Part shown: positions 19,969-30,470 of the stretch, in pieces | Position numbering within the stretch: position 1 is the stretch's first letter | How the letters are laid out: every line of letters starts with the position of its first letter | NCBI GenBank assembly: GCA_040225955.1 | Contig: JBECUL010000012.1 | Location: 1-50,992 of the forward strand | Length of the DNA: 50,992 nt | Source of the DNA: Candidatus Asgardarchaeum abyssi | GTDB taxonomy: Archaea; Asgardarchaeota; Asgardarchaeia; Asgardarchaeales; Asgardarchaeaceae | Direction: 5' to 3' | Notes under the pieces: generated by a model | Told to the model about the DNA's origin: nothing | The model's input: the letters and a program-made list of their open reading frames with translations, nothing else | The model's database searches: none | Position numbers and translations under genes: made by a program

Positions 19969-22680
19969 TTGGTGATATCATTTATGGATACAAAACCATT
20001 ACTCATCGAAAAACCTCATTCTAAAACAGTTGACGAAGTACTGTCTGAGCTAGAAACTTCTGTTAATGGACTTTCAGATGAGGAAGTGAGAAGAAGGTTA
20101 GAAATTTATGGACCTAATGAAATTGAAGAAAAGGTACGTTTTAAGGCTCTTAGGATTCTAATTAATCAGTTTAAAGATATTTTTGTAATGATCTTAATAG
20201 TCGCTGTGCTGATATCGTATTTCATAGAACATTCTGTAGTTGATTCAATAACAATCGGAGCTATTGTTATTCTAAATACAATTGTTGGCTTTGTTCAAGA
20301 ATATCGCTCTGAAAAAGCTATTGAGGCCATGAAACAGCTAACAGCTCCTAAAGTATGGGTTATACGGAATGGACAGCCAACCTTAATTCCAGCAAAAGAA
20401 GTAGTTCCTGGAGATATCCTAATACTAGAAGAAGGTACAAAAATAGCTGCTGATGCTAGATTAATCGAAGCTATTGAATTAAAGGTCAATGAGGCATCTC
20501 TTACTGGGGAGTCTACACCTGTGAAAAAATCAGTAGATCCACTGCCAGAGGATTCTGATGTCGTGGAAATGAAAAATATGGTTTTTATGGGAACATTTGT
20601 TGCCTTTGGAAGAGGCAAGGCTGTAGTTACTCATACTGGTTTTAATACGATGTTTGGAAAAATTGCTAAGCATGTTCAAGAAATAGAAGAGGTTGAAACA
20701 CCTCTAAAAAGAAAATTGTCTGATTTTGCTAAAAAATTGGCTAAGTTCACAATTCTTATAGTAGCTTTAATATTTGTTCTTGAGTGGATACGTGAAGGGC
20801 AAATTATAGAATCTTTTATGGTTGCTATTGCCCTTGCGGTTTCTGCAGTTCCAGAAGGGCTTCCTGCGGTTGTTACAATAACTTTGGCTCTGAGTGCAAG
20901 AGAATTGACAAAGAAAAATGCTTATGTAAAACGTTTAGCATCCGCAGAAACACTAGGTTCAACTACCGTAATTTGTTCGGATAAGACTGGAACAATAACA
21001 AAGGGTGAAATGACCGTAAGGAAAATCTATGTGAATAATAGCCTAATAGATGTTACAGGAGTGGGATATAGTCTACAAGGAGAATTCCTTTTAGATAGGT
21101 CTCCAATAAATCCAAATGATGATATTCATCTTTATAAAGCTTTGCTCATTGGAACACTTTGTAATAATGCAAAAATTGAAAATGGCCAACCAGTAGGTGA
21201 TACAACAGAAGTAGCACTAGTTGTCGTAGGAATGAAAGGAGGACTCGAGAGAAACAAAATAGAGGAACATTACCAGAGAATTGGTGAGATTCCATTTAGT
21301 TCGGAAAGAAAAAGAATGTCAGTAATATATAGAGTTCCAAATGGGAAAACAGAGGTTTATGTGAAAGGTGCACCAGAAATAGTGCTGGAGCATTGCAAAT
21401 ATATCCTAGAAGATGGAAAAGTAAAGCCTCTTTCTGAAGAAAAAAGAAATGAGATAAACAAAATAAACGATTCTATGGCAGAACAAGCCCTTAGAAGTCT
21501 TGCATTAGCTTATAAAGAAATAGAAGACTTTTCTGGAGAGTTTAATGAAGAGGAACTTGAAAACGACTTGATATTCGTTGGTATCGTTGGTATGATCGAT
21601 CCTCCAAGGGATGAAGTATACGACGCAGTTGAGAAAGCTAAGAGAGCTGGAATAAAGATTGTTATGATAACAGGAGACCATAAATTAACGGCTGTTGCCA
21701 TTGCAAAAGAAATAGGTATTATGGATGAAAATGGAATTGCTGTTACTGGAAAAGAGCTTGAGCAAATGAGTGATGAAGAGTTCTTAGAAAAAGTTGAAAA
21801 AATAACTGTATACGCCAGAGTTTCTCCGCTTCACAAACTCAGAATAGTTAATGCACTGAAAGCAAAAGGGCATATAGTTGCGATGACCGGTGATGGTGTA
21901 AATGATGCTCCTGCGCTTAAAAGAGCAGACATAGGTATTGCTATGGGAATAACTGGAACTGATGTGGCTAAAGAAGCATCTGATATGATATTAGCCGATG
22001 ATAATTTCGCAACAATAGTAAAAGCAGTAGAGGGTGGTCGAATAGTATATAACAACATTAGAAAATTTGTTCGCTATCTCTTAGCCTGCAATTTCGATGA
22101 ACTAACTGTAATAACCGTAGCTGCATTATTGGGATGGCCAATTCCACTATTACCTGCTATGATTCTGTGGATCAACTTAGTTACTGATGGTGCACCAGCA
22201 GTTGCATTAAGTGTTGATCCTCCTGATGAGGATGTAATGAATCAACCGCCACGTGATCCTAAAGCTGGTGTACTCCATGGTATGCTACTATTCATTTTCG
22301 TTTCATTTTTACTACAGTCAATAGGGACTCTAGGAATATTCTATGTCTCTTATTTCCTTTGGAATGAACCTGTTGAAGAGGCACGAACTATGGCCTTTAT
22401 ACAAGCAGCATTCTTTGAGCTATTTGTAATTTGGAACGTTCGTTCAGAGAAACATAGTGTATTTAGACTTGGATTTAAGGGAAATAAATTCTTATTGATA
22501 TCTGTAATTGTCGCTGGCTTATTAACTGCATCACTAACATTTATTGAACCATTTACAATAGCATTTCATTTAGTCCCCCTAACACTTTATGATTGGATAT
22601 TAGTAATTGCAATTTCGTCGGTTGGATTATTGGTTTTACCAGAGTTTCTCATGAACAGGAAGTTCCTAAAATGGATGTGA
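19969..22680 (+). CDS. P-type ATPase, type IIA (probable Ca2+ pump)
   Basis: TGES, VPEGLP, CSDKTGT, KGAPE, DPPR, TGDGVNDAPALK, LWINLVTDG. Confidence 0.96.
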   Translation: MVISFMDTKPLLIEKPHSKTVDEVLSELETSVNGLSDEEVRRRLEIYGPNEIEEKVRFKALRILINQFKDIFVMILIVAVLISYFIEHSVVDSITIGAIVILNTIVGFVQEYRSEKAIEAMKQLTAPKVWVIRNGQPTLIPAKEVVPGDILILEEGTKIAADARLIEAIELKVNEASLTGESTPVKKSVDPLPEDSDVVEMKNMVFMGTFVAFGRGKAVVTHTGFNTMFGKIAKHVQEIEEVETPLKRKLSDFAKKLAKFTILIVALIFVLEWIREGQIIESFMVAIALAVSAVPEGLPAVVTITLALSARELTKKNAYVKRLASAETLGSTTVICSDKTGTITKGEMTVRKIYVNNSLIDVTGVGYSLQGEFLLDRSPINPNDDIHLYKALLIGTLCNNAKIENGQPVGDTTEVALVVVGMKGGLERNKIEEHYQRIGEIPFSSERKRMSVIYRVPNGKTEVYVKGAPEIVLEHCKYILEDGKVKPLSEEKRNEINKINDSMAEQALRSLALAYKEIEDFSGEFNEEELENDLIFVGIVGMIDPPRDEVYDAVEKAKRAGIKIVMITGDHKLTAVAIAKEIGIMDENGIAVTGKELEQMSDEEFLEKVEKITVYARVSPLHKLRIVNALKAKGHIVAMTGDGVNDAPALKRADIGIAMGITGTDVAKEASDMILADDNFATIVKAVEGGRIVYNNIRKFVRYLLACNFDELTVITVAALLGWPIPLLPAMILWINLVTDGAPAVALSVDPPDEDVMNQPPRDPKAGVLHGMLLFIFVSFLLQSIGTLGIFYVSYFLWNEPVEEARTMAFIQAAFFELFVIWNVRSEKHSVFRLGFKGNKFLLISVIVAGLLTASLTFIEPFTIAFHLVPLTLYDWILVIAISSVGLLVLPEFLMNRKFLKWM

Positions 22681-22726
22681 CAATAAATGTCTCTACTTTA
22701 TTTTTCTTTACGACATAAGAGGTGGT

Positions 22727-23023
22727 TTGATGATAACACAATCACAAGTCGATAAAATTAAAAAGGCTGTGGAACGCTATAACATATTTCATGGGGGAGA
22801 ATCCCAGGCTACTATAATAAAAATCGAAGGCTCAAAAATATATGTAAAATTTGAAGGTACATTTTGCATAGCATGTGGTGCAGATGAATATATTCTTGAT
22901 TTAAAATATGAGCTGGAAGACGAGTTAAATTGTCCTGTAAAGTTATGTCTTATGGATCTTACAAAACTTGAAGATTATGAAGCAGAGGCAATTTTCGAAA
23001 TAGAGTTTGATAAATGTTATTAA
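22727..23023 (+). CDS. NifU-C-like small protein
   Basis: HGGE...IYVKFEGTFCIACG pattern. Confidence 0.6.
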   Translation: MMITQSQVDKIKKAVERYNIFHGGESQATIIKIEGSKIYVKFEGTFCIACGADEYILDLKYELEDELNCPVKLCLMDLTKLEDYEAEAIFEIEFDKCY

Positions 23024-23047
23024 AAATAAATTTATGAAAAAGGTGTT

Positions 23048-23710
23048 TTGGTGCTAAAAATGGGTTTGTTCATAACAATTGAAGGGATAGATGGTTCTGG
23101 AAAAACAACTTTCGCCAAATCTCTAGTAGATGCTATCAAAAGATCAGAATTGATAAAATCTCCATATTATACTGGCGTAGTTTTTGGTAGAGAACCATCA
23201 GATGGCTTCTATGGATCACGCGTTCGTAATATATTATCTGGCAATATAAAGGCAACTTCATGGCCTTGGGAAAAAGCTTTACTCTTTGCACTAGATAGAG
23301 CTGAAGATGTTGATACTCTCATAAAACCGAATCTCGCTAAAAATAAAATTGTAATTCTTGATAGGTACATTCATTCACAATTGGCTTATCAAGCAGCCGA
23401 AGGATTAGATCTTAATATTCTAATAAGCTTAAACAAAGAATTTCCACAGCCAGATATTGTATTCTTCCTAGATATAGATCCTACATCAGCATTAGAAAGA
23501 GTTAAAGATAGGATTAATAAAACATACTTAGGAAAATTAACTCTTTTTGAGAAGATTGATTTCCTCAGTGAGGTTTCTAATAATTACAAGAAGTTTATTG
23601 AGAGGAGACTATTAGCTAAACATTTTGTAATTTTAGATGCTTCTAATCCTACAAATATTCTTGTTGACAAAGCACTTAAAATAATCAGAAAAATAGCTGA
23701 TGATGTTTAA
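23048..23710 (+). CDS. tmk: Thymidylate kinase
   Basis: FITIEGIDGSGKTT, REP, LLFALDR, LDRYIHSQLAYQ, PDIVFFLD. Confidence 0.95.
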   Translation: MVLKMGLFITIEGIDGSGKTTFAKSLVDAIKRSELIKSPYYTGVVFGREPSDGFYGSRVRNILSGNIKATSWPWEKALLFALDRAEDVDTLIKPNLAKNKIVILDRYIHSQLAYQAAEGLDLNILISLNKEFPQPDIVFFLDIDPTSALERVKDRINKTYLGKLTLFEKIDFLSEVSNNYKKFIERRLLAKHFVILDASNPTNILVDKALKIIRKIADDV

Positions 23711-23816
23711 AAAGTAAAGAAGCTTGATAACCCCATTGGTGTGTACTTCTTTTTTCAAAAAAGGTTAATAATTTTAAATTACTTTTAATTCATTATTTTA
23801 AGAGAGGTGTGTTTTT

Positions 23817-24353
23817 ATGAGTCATAGACCTTCTAAAGAGGAGTATTACTTAGAAATTGCAAAAGCCGTTTCTAAGAGATCAACATGTTTACGTAGGAGA
23901 TTCGGGGCAATAATTGTAGTAAATGACGCAATTGTAAGCACTGGGTATAACGGTCCTGCTCGTGGAGTAATTAACTGCTATGAGGTTGGTTGCTTAAAAG
24001 ATGAATTGAATGTTCCAGAGTATGGTGGTTATGACGTATGTCCTGCTGTACATGCTGAAGAAAATGCTATCATAAACGCAGCTCGTAATGGGGCGAGTGT
24101 AAATGGTGGTATAATGTATATATATGGGGAGTATGTAAAAACTGGAGAGCCATCAGAATCTATTCCATGTGATCGTTGTAAGCGGGCTATTATAAATGCT
24201 GGAATTGTTCAGGTTATCACAATGAACTCAAAGGGCCAGATAGTTCGTTATGATGTTCGTGATTGGGTAAACTACGATACTCAACGGTATGTTAAAATGA
24301 TAAATGATGTTCGGATGAAAAAATCTACAAAATCTGGAGGAGAGAAACCTTAA
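23817..24353 (+). CDS. dCMP deaminase family protein
   Basis: RSTCLRR, GYNG, HAEENAI, PCDRC. Confidence 0.93.
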   Translation: MSHRPSKEEYYLEIAKAVSKRSTCLRRRFGAIIVVNDAIVSTGYNGPARGVINCYEVGCLKDELNVPEYGGYDVCPAVHAEENAIINAARNGASVNGGIMYIYGEYVKTGEPSESIPCDRCKRAIINAGIVQVITMNSKGQIVRYDVRDWVNYDTQRYVKMINDVRMKKSTKSGGEKP

Positions 24354-24390
24354 TTTTCATATATATTAAGATTTTATTAATGGTGAGAAT

Positions 24391-24822
24391 ATGCCAAAAA
24401 GGAAAGCGAAAGCAAAGAAGAGGAAAAAGCCAAAATCTCATAAGTGGAAAATGATAGTAGTAATGATTATTCTCTTAGTTGTAGTGTATTCATACGTAAG
24501 TTATCCAAGAGCAATATACTCCAAGCAGATATCATCAACATCGGTAGGTACAACAGAAGAAACTTTCGAAGTACCTATGTTGAAATATCGAATGAAAATA
24601 ATAATTGAATATGAAATTACTGGTTATACAAATATAACAATTATAGATCCAGATGGTAAGACTTTATTTACATGGGAAAAATCTGTTATTAGGAAAGATA
24701 GTGGATCAATAACTCGTAGCTTTGACATTAGCAAAAGTGGTGAGTACACAATTATTTATCAGACATTGGGCTCGTACGCTTTAAATATAATGATCTATGT
24801 CTTTAATCCACCCTTTAATTAA
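24391..24822 (+). CDS. Membrane-anchored (type II) beta-sandwich protein, GOLD/p24-like
   Basis: Lys-rich N-tail, one TM segment, then a beta-rich domain with ITIIDPDGKTL and F....SGEY patterns. Confidence 0.55.
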   Translation: MPKRKAKAKKRKKPKSHKWKMIVVMIILLVVVYSYVSYPRAIYSKQISSTSVGTTEETFEVPMLKYRMKIIIEYEITGYTNITIIDPDGKTLFTWEKSVIRKDSGSITRSFDISKSGEYTIIYQTLGSYALNIMIYVFNPPFN

Positions 24823-24935
24823 CACAAGAACTATCTGAAAAGGCTAAAAAACATTTATGTATTAAGAAATTTCACATTGCAAAAACTTAATTAAATCAAT
24901 GTATAAAATAGTTTTCTGTTAGAGAGGAGTTAGCA

Positions 24936-25490
24936 ATGTCTGAGGAAAAACCATACATTTTCAAAATTGTTATGGCTGGAGATGGCGCTGTTGGAAAAAC
25001 AAGCATTGTGCGTCAGTATATCACACATACTTTTCAGAAAGACTATCTCTCAACACTAGGTGTCCAAGTAAGTACGAAAGAAATCCGGTATCCAGACCTT
25101 GCTGTAGTAAAACTGATAATCTGGGATGTTGCTGGGCAGCAGATCTTTGGCTCTGTTAGGCCGATGTACTATAAGGATGCATCAGTTGCTGTGTTGGTTT
25201 ATGATATTACTGATAGAGCAACCTTTGAGAGTATCCCAAAATGGGTTAAAGAAATACATGAAAATGAGCCTAACGCATCAATAGTATTAGTCGGTAACAA
25301 AATAGATTTAGACTATGCACGAAAAGTTTCAAAAGGAGAAGGTGAAAAACTCGCTAAGGAGTTAAATTTAGGAGGATTTGTTGAAACATCTGCAAGAACG
25401 GGAGAAGGAATTAACAAATTATTTGAGATAGTAGTAATTCTTTGTTTGAAAAAGAAGATAGAAGAGCTAAAGAAATTGGCTGGTGTATAA
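24936..25490 (+). CDS. Rab-like small GTPase (Ras superfamily)
   Basis: G1 GDGAVGKT, G2 STLGV, G3 WDVAGQ, G4 GNKID, G5 ETSAR; YYKDA, LVYDIT. SD AGGAG. Confidence 0.93.
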   Translation: MSEEKPYIFKIVMAGDGAVGKTSIVRQYITHTFQKDYLSTLGVQVSTKEIRYPDLAVVKLIIWDVAGQQIFGSVRPMYYKDASVAVLVYDITDRATFESIPKWVKEIHENEPNASIVLVGNKIDLDYARKVSKGEGEKLAKELNLGGFVETSARTGEGINKLFEIVVILCLKKKIEELKKLAGV

Positions 25491-25492
25491 AA

Positions 25493-26542
25493 ATGGTATT
25501 TGCCCGAAAATTTCCAGAATTTTCTTTCCCCGAGGCTGTACGCAAGTTGATGAACTATATGTTAGAGAAACCTCATTTTATAGTAAAGCCTGCTTTTTCG
25601 GAAAAAGAGATAATAACATACCCAGATTTAATTTCTATAACTGGTTTAACTATTGAAGATGCTATAAAGCTTCTAAAAGAGCTTGTTGATGCAAGATGGG
25701 TACGTGCCAAAATTTCAAGTAATGTTCCCATGTGTCCTAAATGTGAGTCATTAAAATTGGTTTCTCACCTAGTTTGCCCAAATTGTGGAGATGCGAATAT
25801 AACTTCTGGTTCTGTTATTAAACATCTTAAATGTGGATTTTCTGGTTTTATTTCCGACTTTAAAGAATTGGACGAATTTGTCTGTCCAAATTGTGAAACT
25901 AAGTTAAAAATAGACGAATTGGGTGTAACTTGGATAGTACCTGGTATTCAATATCAATGTAATAACTGTCGATCATTTTTCGAATCACCAAAAATTGAAT
26001 TTGAATGTCTAAATTGCCGTAATAATTTTTCTCATCATGAAGCAAAAATTTTCAGCATCTATGAATATTATCTTAATCCAATTAATTTGAATATAATAAC
26101 AGAATATACCGGCTCATTTACTGACTTAATAAATGCTTTAGCGGTAAAAGGTTGGGAAATTGCATATCCCGCAAACTTATATGGCAAAGCGCCATCTCCT
26201 CATACATTCACTTTTAACTTCAAATACAAGGATCTCATAAATTGCGTTGTAGATGTTATATATTCACCTATAGGATTTGTTGATAAGACACATGTACTGA
26301 ATTTCATAAGTAAGATTGTTGAGCTTGAGGTAACTCATAAGTTAATAATTGCAGTTCCAGAGGCAAACCAAGAAGCTAAAGAAACAGCTGAACTCTCTGG
26401 TATAGTACTAATTGAAGCAAAAACAATAGAAGAAGTTAAAGAAAAAATTATAGACTTTCTAGAAAGAAGTGTCGAAGAATTAAGTAAAGAGAAAGTATCT
26501 GCTGAAATTGAGAGAATCAGTAGATTACTTGAAGGCCTTTAA
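25493..26542 (+). CDS. TackOD1-like multi-zinc-ribbon protein with degenerate restriction-endonuclease-like C-terminal domain
   Basis: CPKC, CPNC, HLKC, CPNC, CNNC and CLNC at TackOD1-like spacing. C-terminal alpha/beta domain (HTF..VVDV..LIIAVP..EAKE.A..SGIVLIEA). The ATG lies 2 nt after the GTPase stop. Confidence 0.72.
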   Translation: MVFARKFPEFSFPEAVRKLMNYMLEKPHFIVKPAFSEKEIITYPDLISITGLTIEDAIKLLKELVDARWVRAKISSNVPMCPKCESLKLVSHLVCPNCGDANITSGSVIKHLKCGFSGFISDFKELDEFVCPNCETKLKIDELGVTWIVPGIQYQCNNCRSFFESPKIEFECLNCRNNFSHHEAKIFSIYEYYLNPINLNIITEYTGSFTDLINALAVKGWEIAYPANLYGKAPSPHTFTFNFKYKDLINCVVDVIYSPIGFVDKTHVLNFISKIVELEVTHKLIIAVPEANQEAKETAELSGIVLIEAKTIEEVKEKIIDFLERSVEELSKEKVSAEIERISRLLEGL

Positions 26543-26553
26543 GGGGATCTGTT

Positions 26554-28083
26554 ATGGAAGGAAAGACAAGGAAATCAATAGCGAAAGGGCTCCTAACATT
26601 AATCTATTTTGTAATCTTTGGAAATGGTCCATGGTTAATTGCAGTTATGTTTACTGTTTTTCTTGGTTATCTGCTAATTCCTTTATTATCGCAACAGTCC
26701 ATAGAAATATATTCAAAGGTAGTTATCCCGTCTCTTCCAATTAGTTTAATTTTATCAAGTTGGATTCAAGTCCTAGTCACTAAGAAGATTTTTGACTATG
26801 AGGCTTTAAGAAAAATATATTCAGCCAGAAGACTAATCATATTCTCTGTTATACTTACTACAGCTGTTGTGACATCCTTCTATATGATCTTTTTTGGTAT
26901 AAACATAATTGGCAAAGGCGGCGGTATTAATGAAAGTGATATTCTTCAATACCTAATGACTCTTGCTCTATCTTTGATGTGGGTGGGGTTAGCTCCTCTC
27001 AATGGTCTTCAAAAATATTTTCAGATGACAATGCTATTTTCATCTGGAATGTTATTCAGCGGTGTGCTTGCCTATTATTTTACTGTAATGGGATTTAATA
27101 TAACATACATTCTAATTGCATATGTTATTGGTTACCTCATCTCTGCTGTTGCGATGTACTTTTATCTCCTTTTTGGAATTTTCCGTTCTCCCAAGCTTAC
27201 CGTTAAGTTAGATAGAGCGCTTATTAGCAAAATAATAGAAGTATCACGTAATGTTGATAGCGGTGAAAAATTAGCTAAATTGCTTCCTATAATTTTAAAA
27301 GTTCAAGAAAGATTATCTCCCGATCAAGCTCTTATAATTTTAAATAAGGCTGAGCTTGAGATGGGGCAAACTGAAAGCTTAAGAGAAATGTTATCTGGGA
27401 ACTTCTGGCTACTTGTTTCTAATCTGTTATATTTCCTCTTTATATGGCAAGATCGATTCATCGTGTGGATTAAAGAAGGAATGCATGTTGAGGGCTTATT
27501 TATAGGATTCAATAGCTTTTATGAAATAGGAATAAATGTGGTTCAATGGGCTCTAATTCCAACAGTTGGTGTGGCAGCTTATTTAATGTCTGAGTTTACA
27601 CCAACGCTCTTGAAATCTTTAAACAAATTGTATACTGGAACGCTTGATGAGATAAAAATATCATTAAGGAGATTTATACACGATATATACTATAGAGCGG
27701 GCCTTCTCTTGGTCTTCGTAACCTCTATTACTTTGGTTTTTGTAATATTCTCTGATCATATTCTTATGTTTTTTAATCTTAAAAATGAGGTATCAAGCTT
27801 TGTTCTACATGTTGGAGCCGTAGGAGTTATTTTTCATGCTCTTATGATATATGAATTTCTTGTTCTTATGTATCTTCAAAGATTAAAGGACAATGCACTA
27901 ATAATGAGCGTAGGGCTTATTACCGCAGCATGTATAGACGTTTATTTCTTTTTATTTGGAAGCTATCATTATATTATCTACAGTTATGTAATTGGAGCTC
28001 TAGTCACAGCCACAGTTGGTATCATTTTAATAAAAATTAGAGTAAGCGAACTATATTATTATTTCCTTTCAAAAGCAATATAA
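26554..28083 (+). CDS. pelG: PelG-like exopolysaccharide exporter (MOP flippase fold)
   Basis: About 12 TM segments. Contains N-terminal GPWL, mid-protein LY.LFIWQDRFIVW, YE.G...Q..LIP and a Y.G...EI helix, all characteristic of PelG. Confidence 0.72.
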   Translation: MEGKTRKSIAKGLLTLIYFVIFGNGPWLIAVMFTVFLGYLLIPLLSQQSIEIYSKVVIPSLPISLILSSWIQVLVTKKIFDYEALRKIYSARRLIIFSVILTTAVVTSFYMIFFGINIIGKGGGINESDILQYLMTLALSLMWVGLAPLNGLQKYFQMTMLFSSGMLFSGVLAYYFTVMGFNITYILIAYVIGYLISAVAMYFYLLFGIFRSPKLTVKLDRALISKIIEVSRNVDSGEKLAKLLPIILKVQERLSPDQALIILNKAELEMGQTESLREMLSGNFWLLVSNLLYFLFIWQDRFIVWIKEGMHVEGLFIGFNSFYEIGINVVQWALIPTVGVAAYLMSEFTPTLLKSLNKLYTGTLDEIKISLRRFIHDIYYRAGLLLVFVTSITLVFVIFSDHILMFFNLKNEVSSFVLHVGAVGVIFHALMIYEFLVLMYLQRLKDNALIMSVGLITAACIDVYFFLFGSYHYIIYSYVIGALVTATVGIILIKIRVSELYYYFLSKAI

Positions 28084-29400
28084 GAGCCTCTCATAGACTC
28101 TTAATAATTCATCTGAAAAATTCCTTACAGAAAAGTTGTTAGTAATATAATTTCGTCTTAAGACTTTCTTTCTGTTATATTTGCCATTTGTATATTCTTC
28201 TTTTGCTCGCATGATTCCTTTAGCTAGAGCAAGTGAATTATTCTTAGGAACATAGTAACCTAAGTTGGAAATAACCTCAGAAACTCCACCAACATTTGTA
28301 ACAACAGACGGTATCCCCATAGCTGTTGCTTCAATTAAAGAGAACGGTAACCCCTCAATAAGACTCGGCATTGCAAAAATATCGATCTCTTTTAATGCAT
28401 CATTGACGTTCCAAGTTTCTCTATGAAAAATGAAATAATTTTCTATATTAAGATCCTCGACTAATGACCTTAGGAAATCATAATAATCATAGTCATCTAT
28501 TGGCCCATATATATTAAATATCCAATTACTATTGCTATCGATTATTTCTTTTGCTGCAAGAATTAAACTTTCAAAGCCTTTTATTGGATTTATCCGAGCT
28601 ATCATTCCAACCTTTATTTCTTTCTCCTCTGGGTGATCTTTCATAGGATAACATTGCGTGGGAATTCCGTTTCTCAGAATGATACTTTTTGTTTCCTTTA
28701 TTCCTAGAATTTGTTTATTTCTCTTAACGTGAAACTTAGCTACTGGCAATATTACATTGGCTTGTGATATTGTATACTGCAAAATATTATGTACATCATT
28801 TAACGAACTGTTTAAATCATCGTTTTTCTCCTTCAACTCTCTTGGATATCGAATTTCACCAAGGAAATAAGGATTGATTAAACGTAATTTCCATTCTTCC
28901 AATAAATCTCCATGCTGAGAGATTAGAATAGGTACATTTATTGTTCTCTTAATTGCGATGGCAAGTAATGCTGCAAGCCCAGGGTTTGCCGCGTGTATTA
29001 TATCTCCTACTGGTAGTGAGAAATGTTCTATAATCTTAAATAGTGGCGATATAAAATGTTCAAAAGCTAATTCATTTTCTCTTACTCTAATGCTTAAATG
29101 TCTCTTGATCTTGTCTATTACTTTATCATTAAAAGTTATATAATTGCATTCTACATCGGAAAATCGAAAAGCTTTGAATCTTCCACTCCAGGGATCTATG
29201 TTAAGAATCATAGAAAGAGAGTTCCAATTTTTGTTTTTCTCTGGAGCATCTTCAATGTCAGATGTTATATTAATTATTGAAAAGTCACATGAATAATTTC
29301 CAATAGACGAAAGTATACTCCTAATCCACGTTAGAATGCCATTTGGATTTTTAAATGATAATCCTTCCGTAATGATCGTTACCTTTTTCAAATCAACCAC
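28069..29400 (-). CDS. GT4 glycosyltransferase, divergent PelF-like
   Basis: IITEG...GILTWI (degenerate DUF3492 start), IHAANPGLAALL, SQHG, ARINPIKG, GPIDD..YY, EGLPFSLIE (EX7E). Confidence 0.82.
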   Translation of the reverse strand: MVDLKKVTIITEGLSFKNPNGILTWIRSILSSIGNYSCDFSIINITSDIEDAPEKNKNWNSLSMILNIDPWSGRFKAFRFSDVECNYITFNDKVIDKIKRHLSIRVRENELAFEHFISPLFKIIEHFSLPVGDIIHAANPGLAALLAIAIKRTINVPILISQHGDLLEEWKLRLINPYFLGEIRYPRELKEKNDDLNSSLNDVHNILQYTISQANVILPVAKFHVKRNKQILGIKETKSIILRNGIPTQCYPMKDHPEEKEIKVGMIARINPIKGFESLILAAKEIIDSNSNWIFNIYGPIDDYDYYDFLRSLVEDLNIENYFIFHRETWNVNDALKEIDIFAMPSLIEGLPFSLIEATAMGIPSVVTNVGGVSEVISNLGYYVPKNNSLALAKGIMRAKEEYTNGKYNRKKVLRRNYITNNFSVRNFSDELLRVYERLLYCF

Positions 29401-29642
29401 ACACTTACCTTATATATTAAAAATCGATCTTATTAGGATATATAATACATGTTACCAATTTAAAGTTATCCATTCAAACAATAAAATTAGAAATATTAGG
29501 TGACCATTAATAAATGTATCAAAATATAACTTGATACTTAGGGTATTATTGCTTCCTTTTTGTTTTTGCCCTACAGATTGTGATTATCTTTAATAATGTG
29601 ATAATTCTTTATGTTCTAAGAGAAAGAATCTTGGTGTTTGGC

Positions 29643-30398
29643 ATGAAAGAGATTCGACTGATCGGATTAACATCAATTCCAATAGTTAAGCCGGGAGATG
29701 ATATTGCTCAACTAATATTTAACGCTCTGAATAATGAAAATGTTCCTCTTGATGATGGTGATATTATAGTTATCGCTCAAACAATAGTTTCAAGAGCTGA
29801 AGGAAGAATAGTTAATTTAAATGAAATAACACCATCGAAATTCGCTGAAACTATTGCTAGTACATATAATAAAGATCCTCGGCATGTTGAAATAATATTG
29901 CGTGAAAGCAAATCTATAGTCAGGATGGGTAATGGTCATATAATCACTGAAACTCATCATGGATTTGTTATGGCAAATAGTGGTGTTGATAGAAGCAATG
30001 TTCCTGGGGATAATACAGTCTCGCTTTTGCCTATAGATCCCGATAAATCAGCTAGAATGATAAGAAGTAAATTGAAAAAACTGACTGGTAAAGAAGTTGC
30101 TGTTATAATAATAGATTCTATGGGGCGTCCTCTTCGAAATGGAATAATTTCGGGTGCCATTGGCGTGTCGGGGATAAAACCTCTTAAAGATATCCGTGGA
30201 GAGAAAGATCTCTTTGGGTACGTTATGAAAACCACTGTAATCGCTTTAGCTGATGAATTAGCATGCGCTGCTGCATTGGTGATGGGTGAAACTAATGAAG
30301 GAATACCTGTAGTTATTATAAAAGGCGTCAATTATGAGAAGGGTGAATATAGTGCAAAAGAATTAATAATGCCAATTCAAAAAGATTTATTTAGGTAA
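29643..30398 (+). CDS. cofE: Coenzyme F420-0:L-glutamate ligase
   Basis: IPIVKPGDD, IVSRAEGR, ANSGVDRSN, LLPIDPDKSA, DSMGRPLR, ADELA, MGE..EGIPV. Confidence 0.95.
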   Translation: MKEIRLIGLTSIPIVKPGDDIAQLIFNALNNENVPLDDGDIIVIAQTIVSRAEGRIVNLNEITPSKFAETIASTYNKDPRHVEIILRESKSIVRMGNGHIITETHHGFVMANSGVDRSNVPGDNTVSLLPIDPDKSARMIRSKLKKLTGKEVAVIIIDSMGRPLRNGIISGAIGVSGIKPLKDIRGEKDLFGYVMKTTVIALADELACAAALVMGETNEGIPVVIIKGVNYEKGEYSAKELIMPIQKDLFR

Positions 30399-30470
30399 TT
30401 AATTTCTCATTATTTCTAACTCAACTTTGCTAATACTACAAACAATAAGACTTGAAAGAATGGTGATTTT

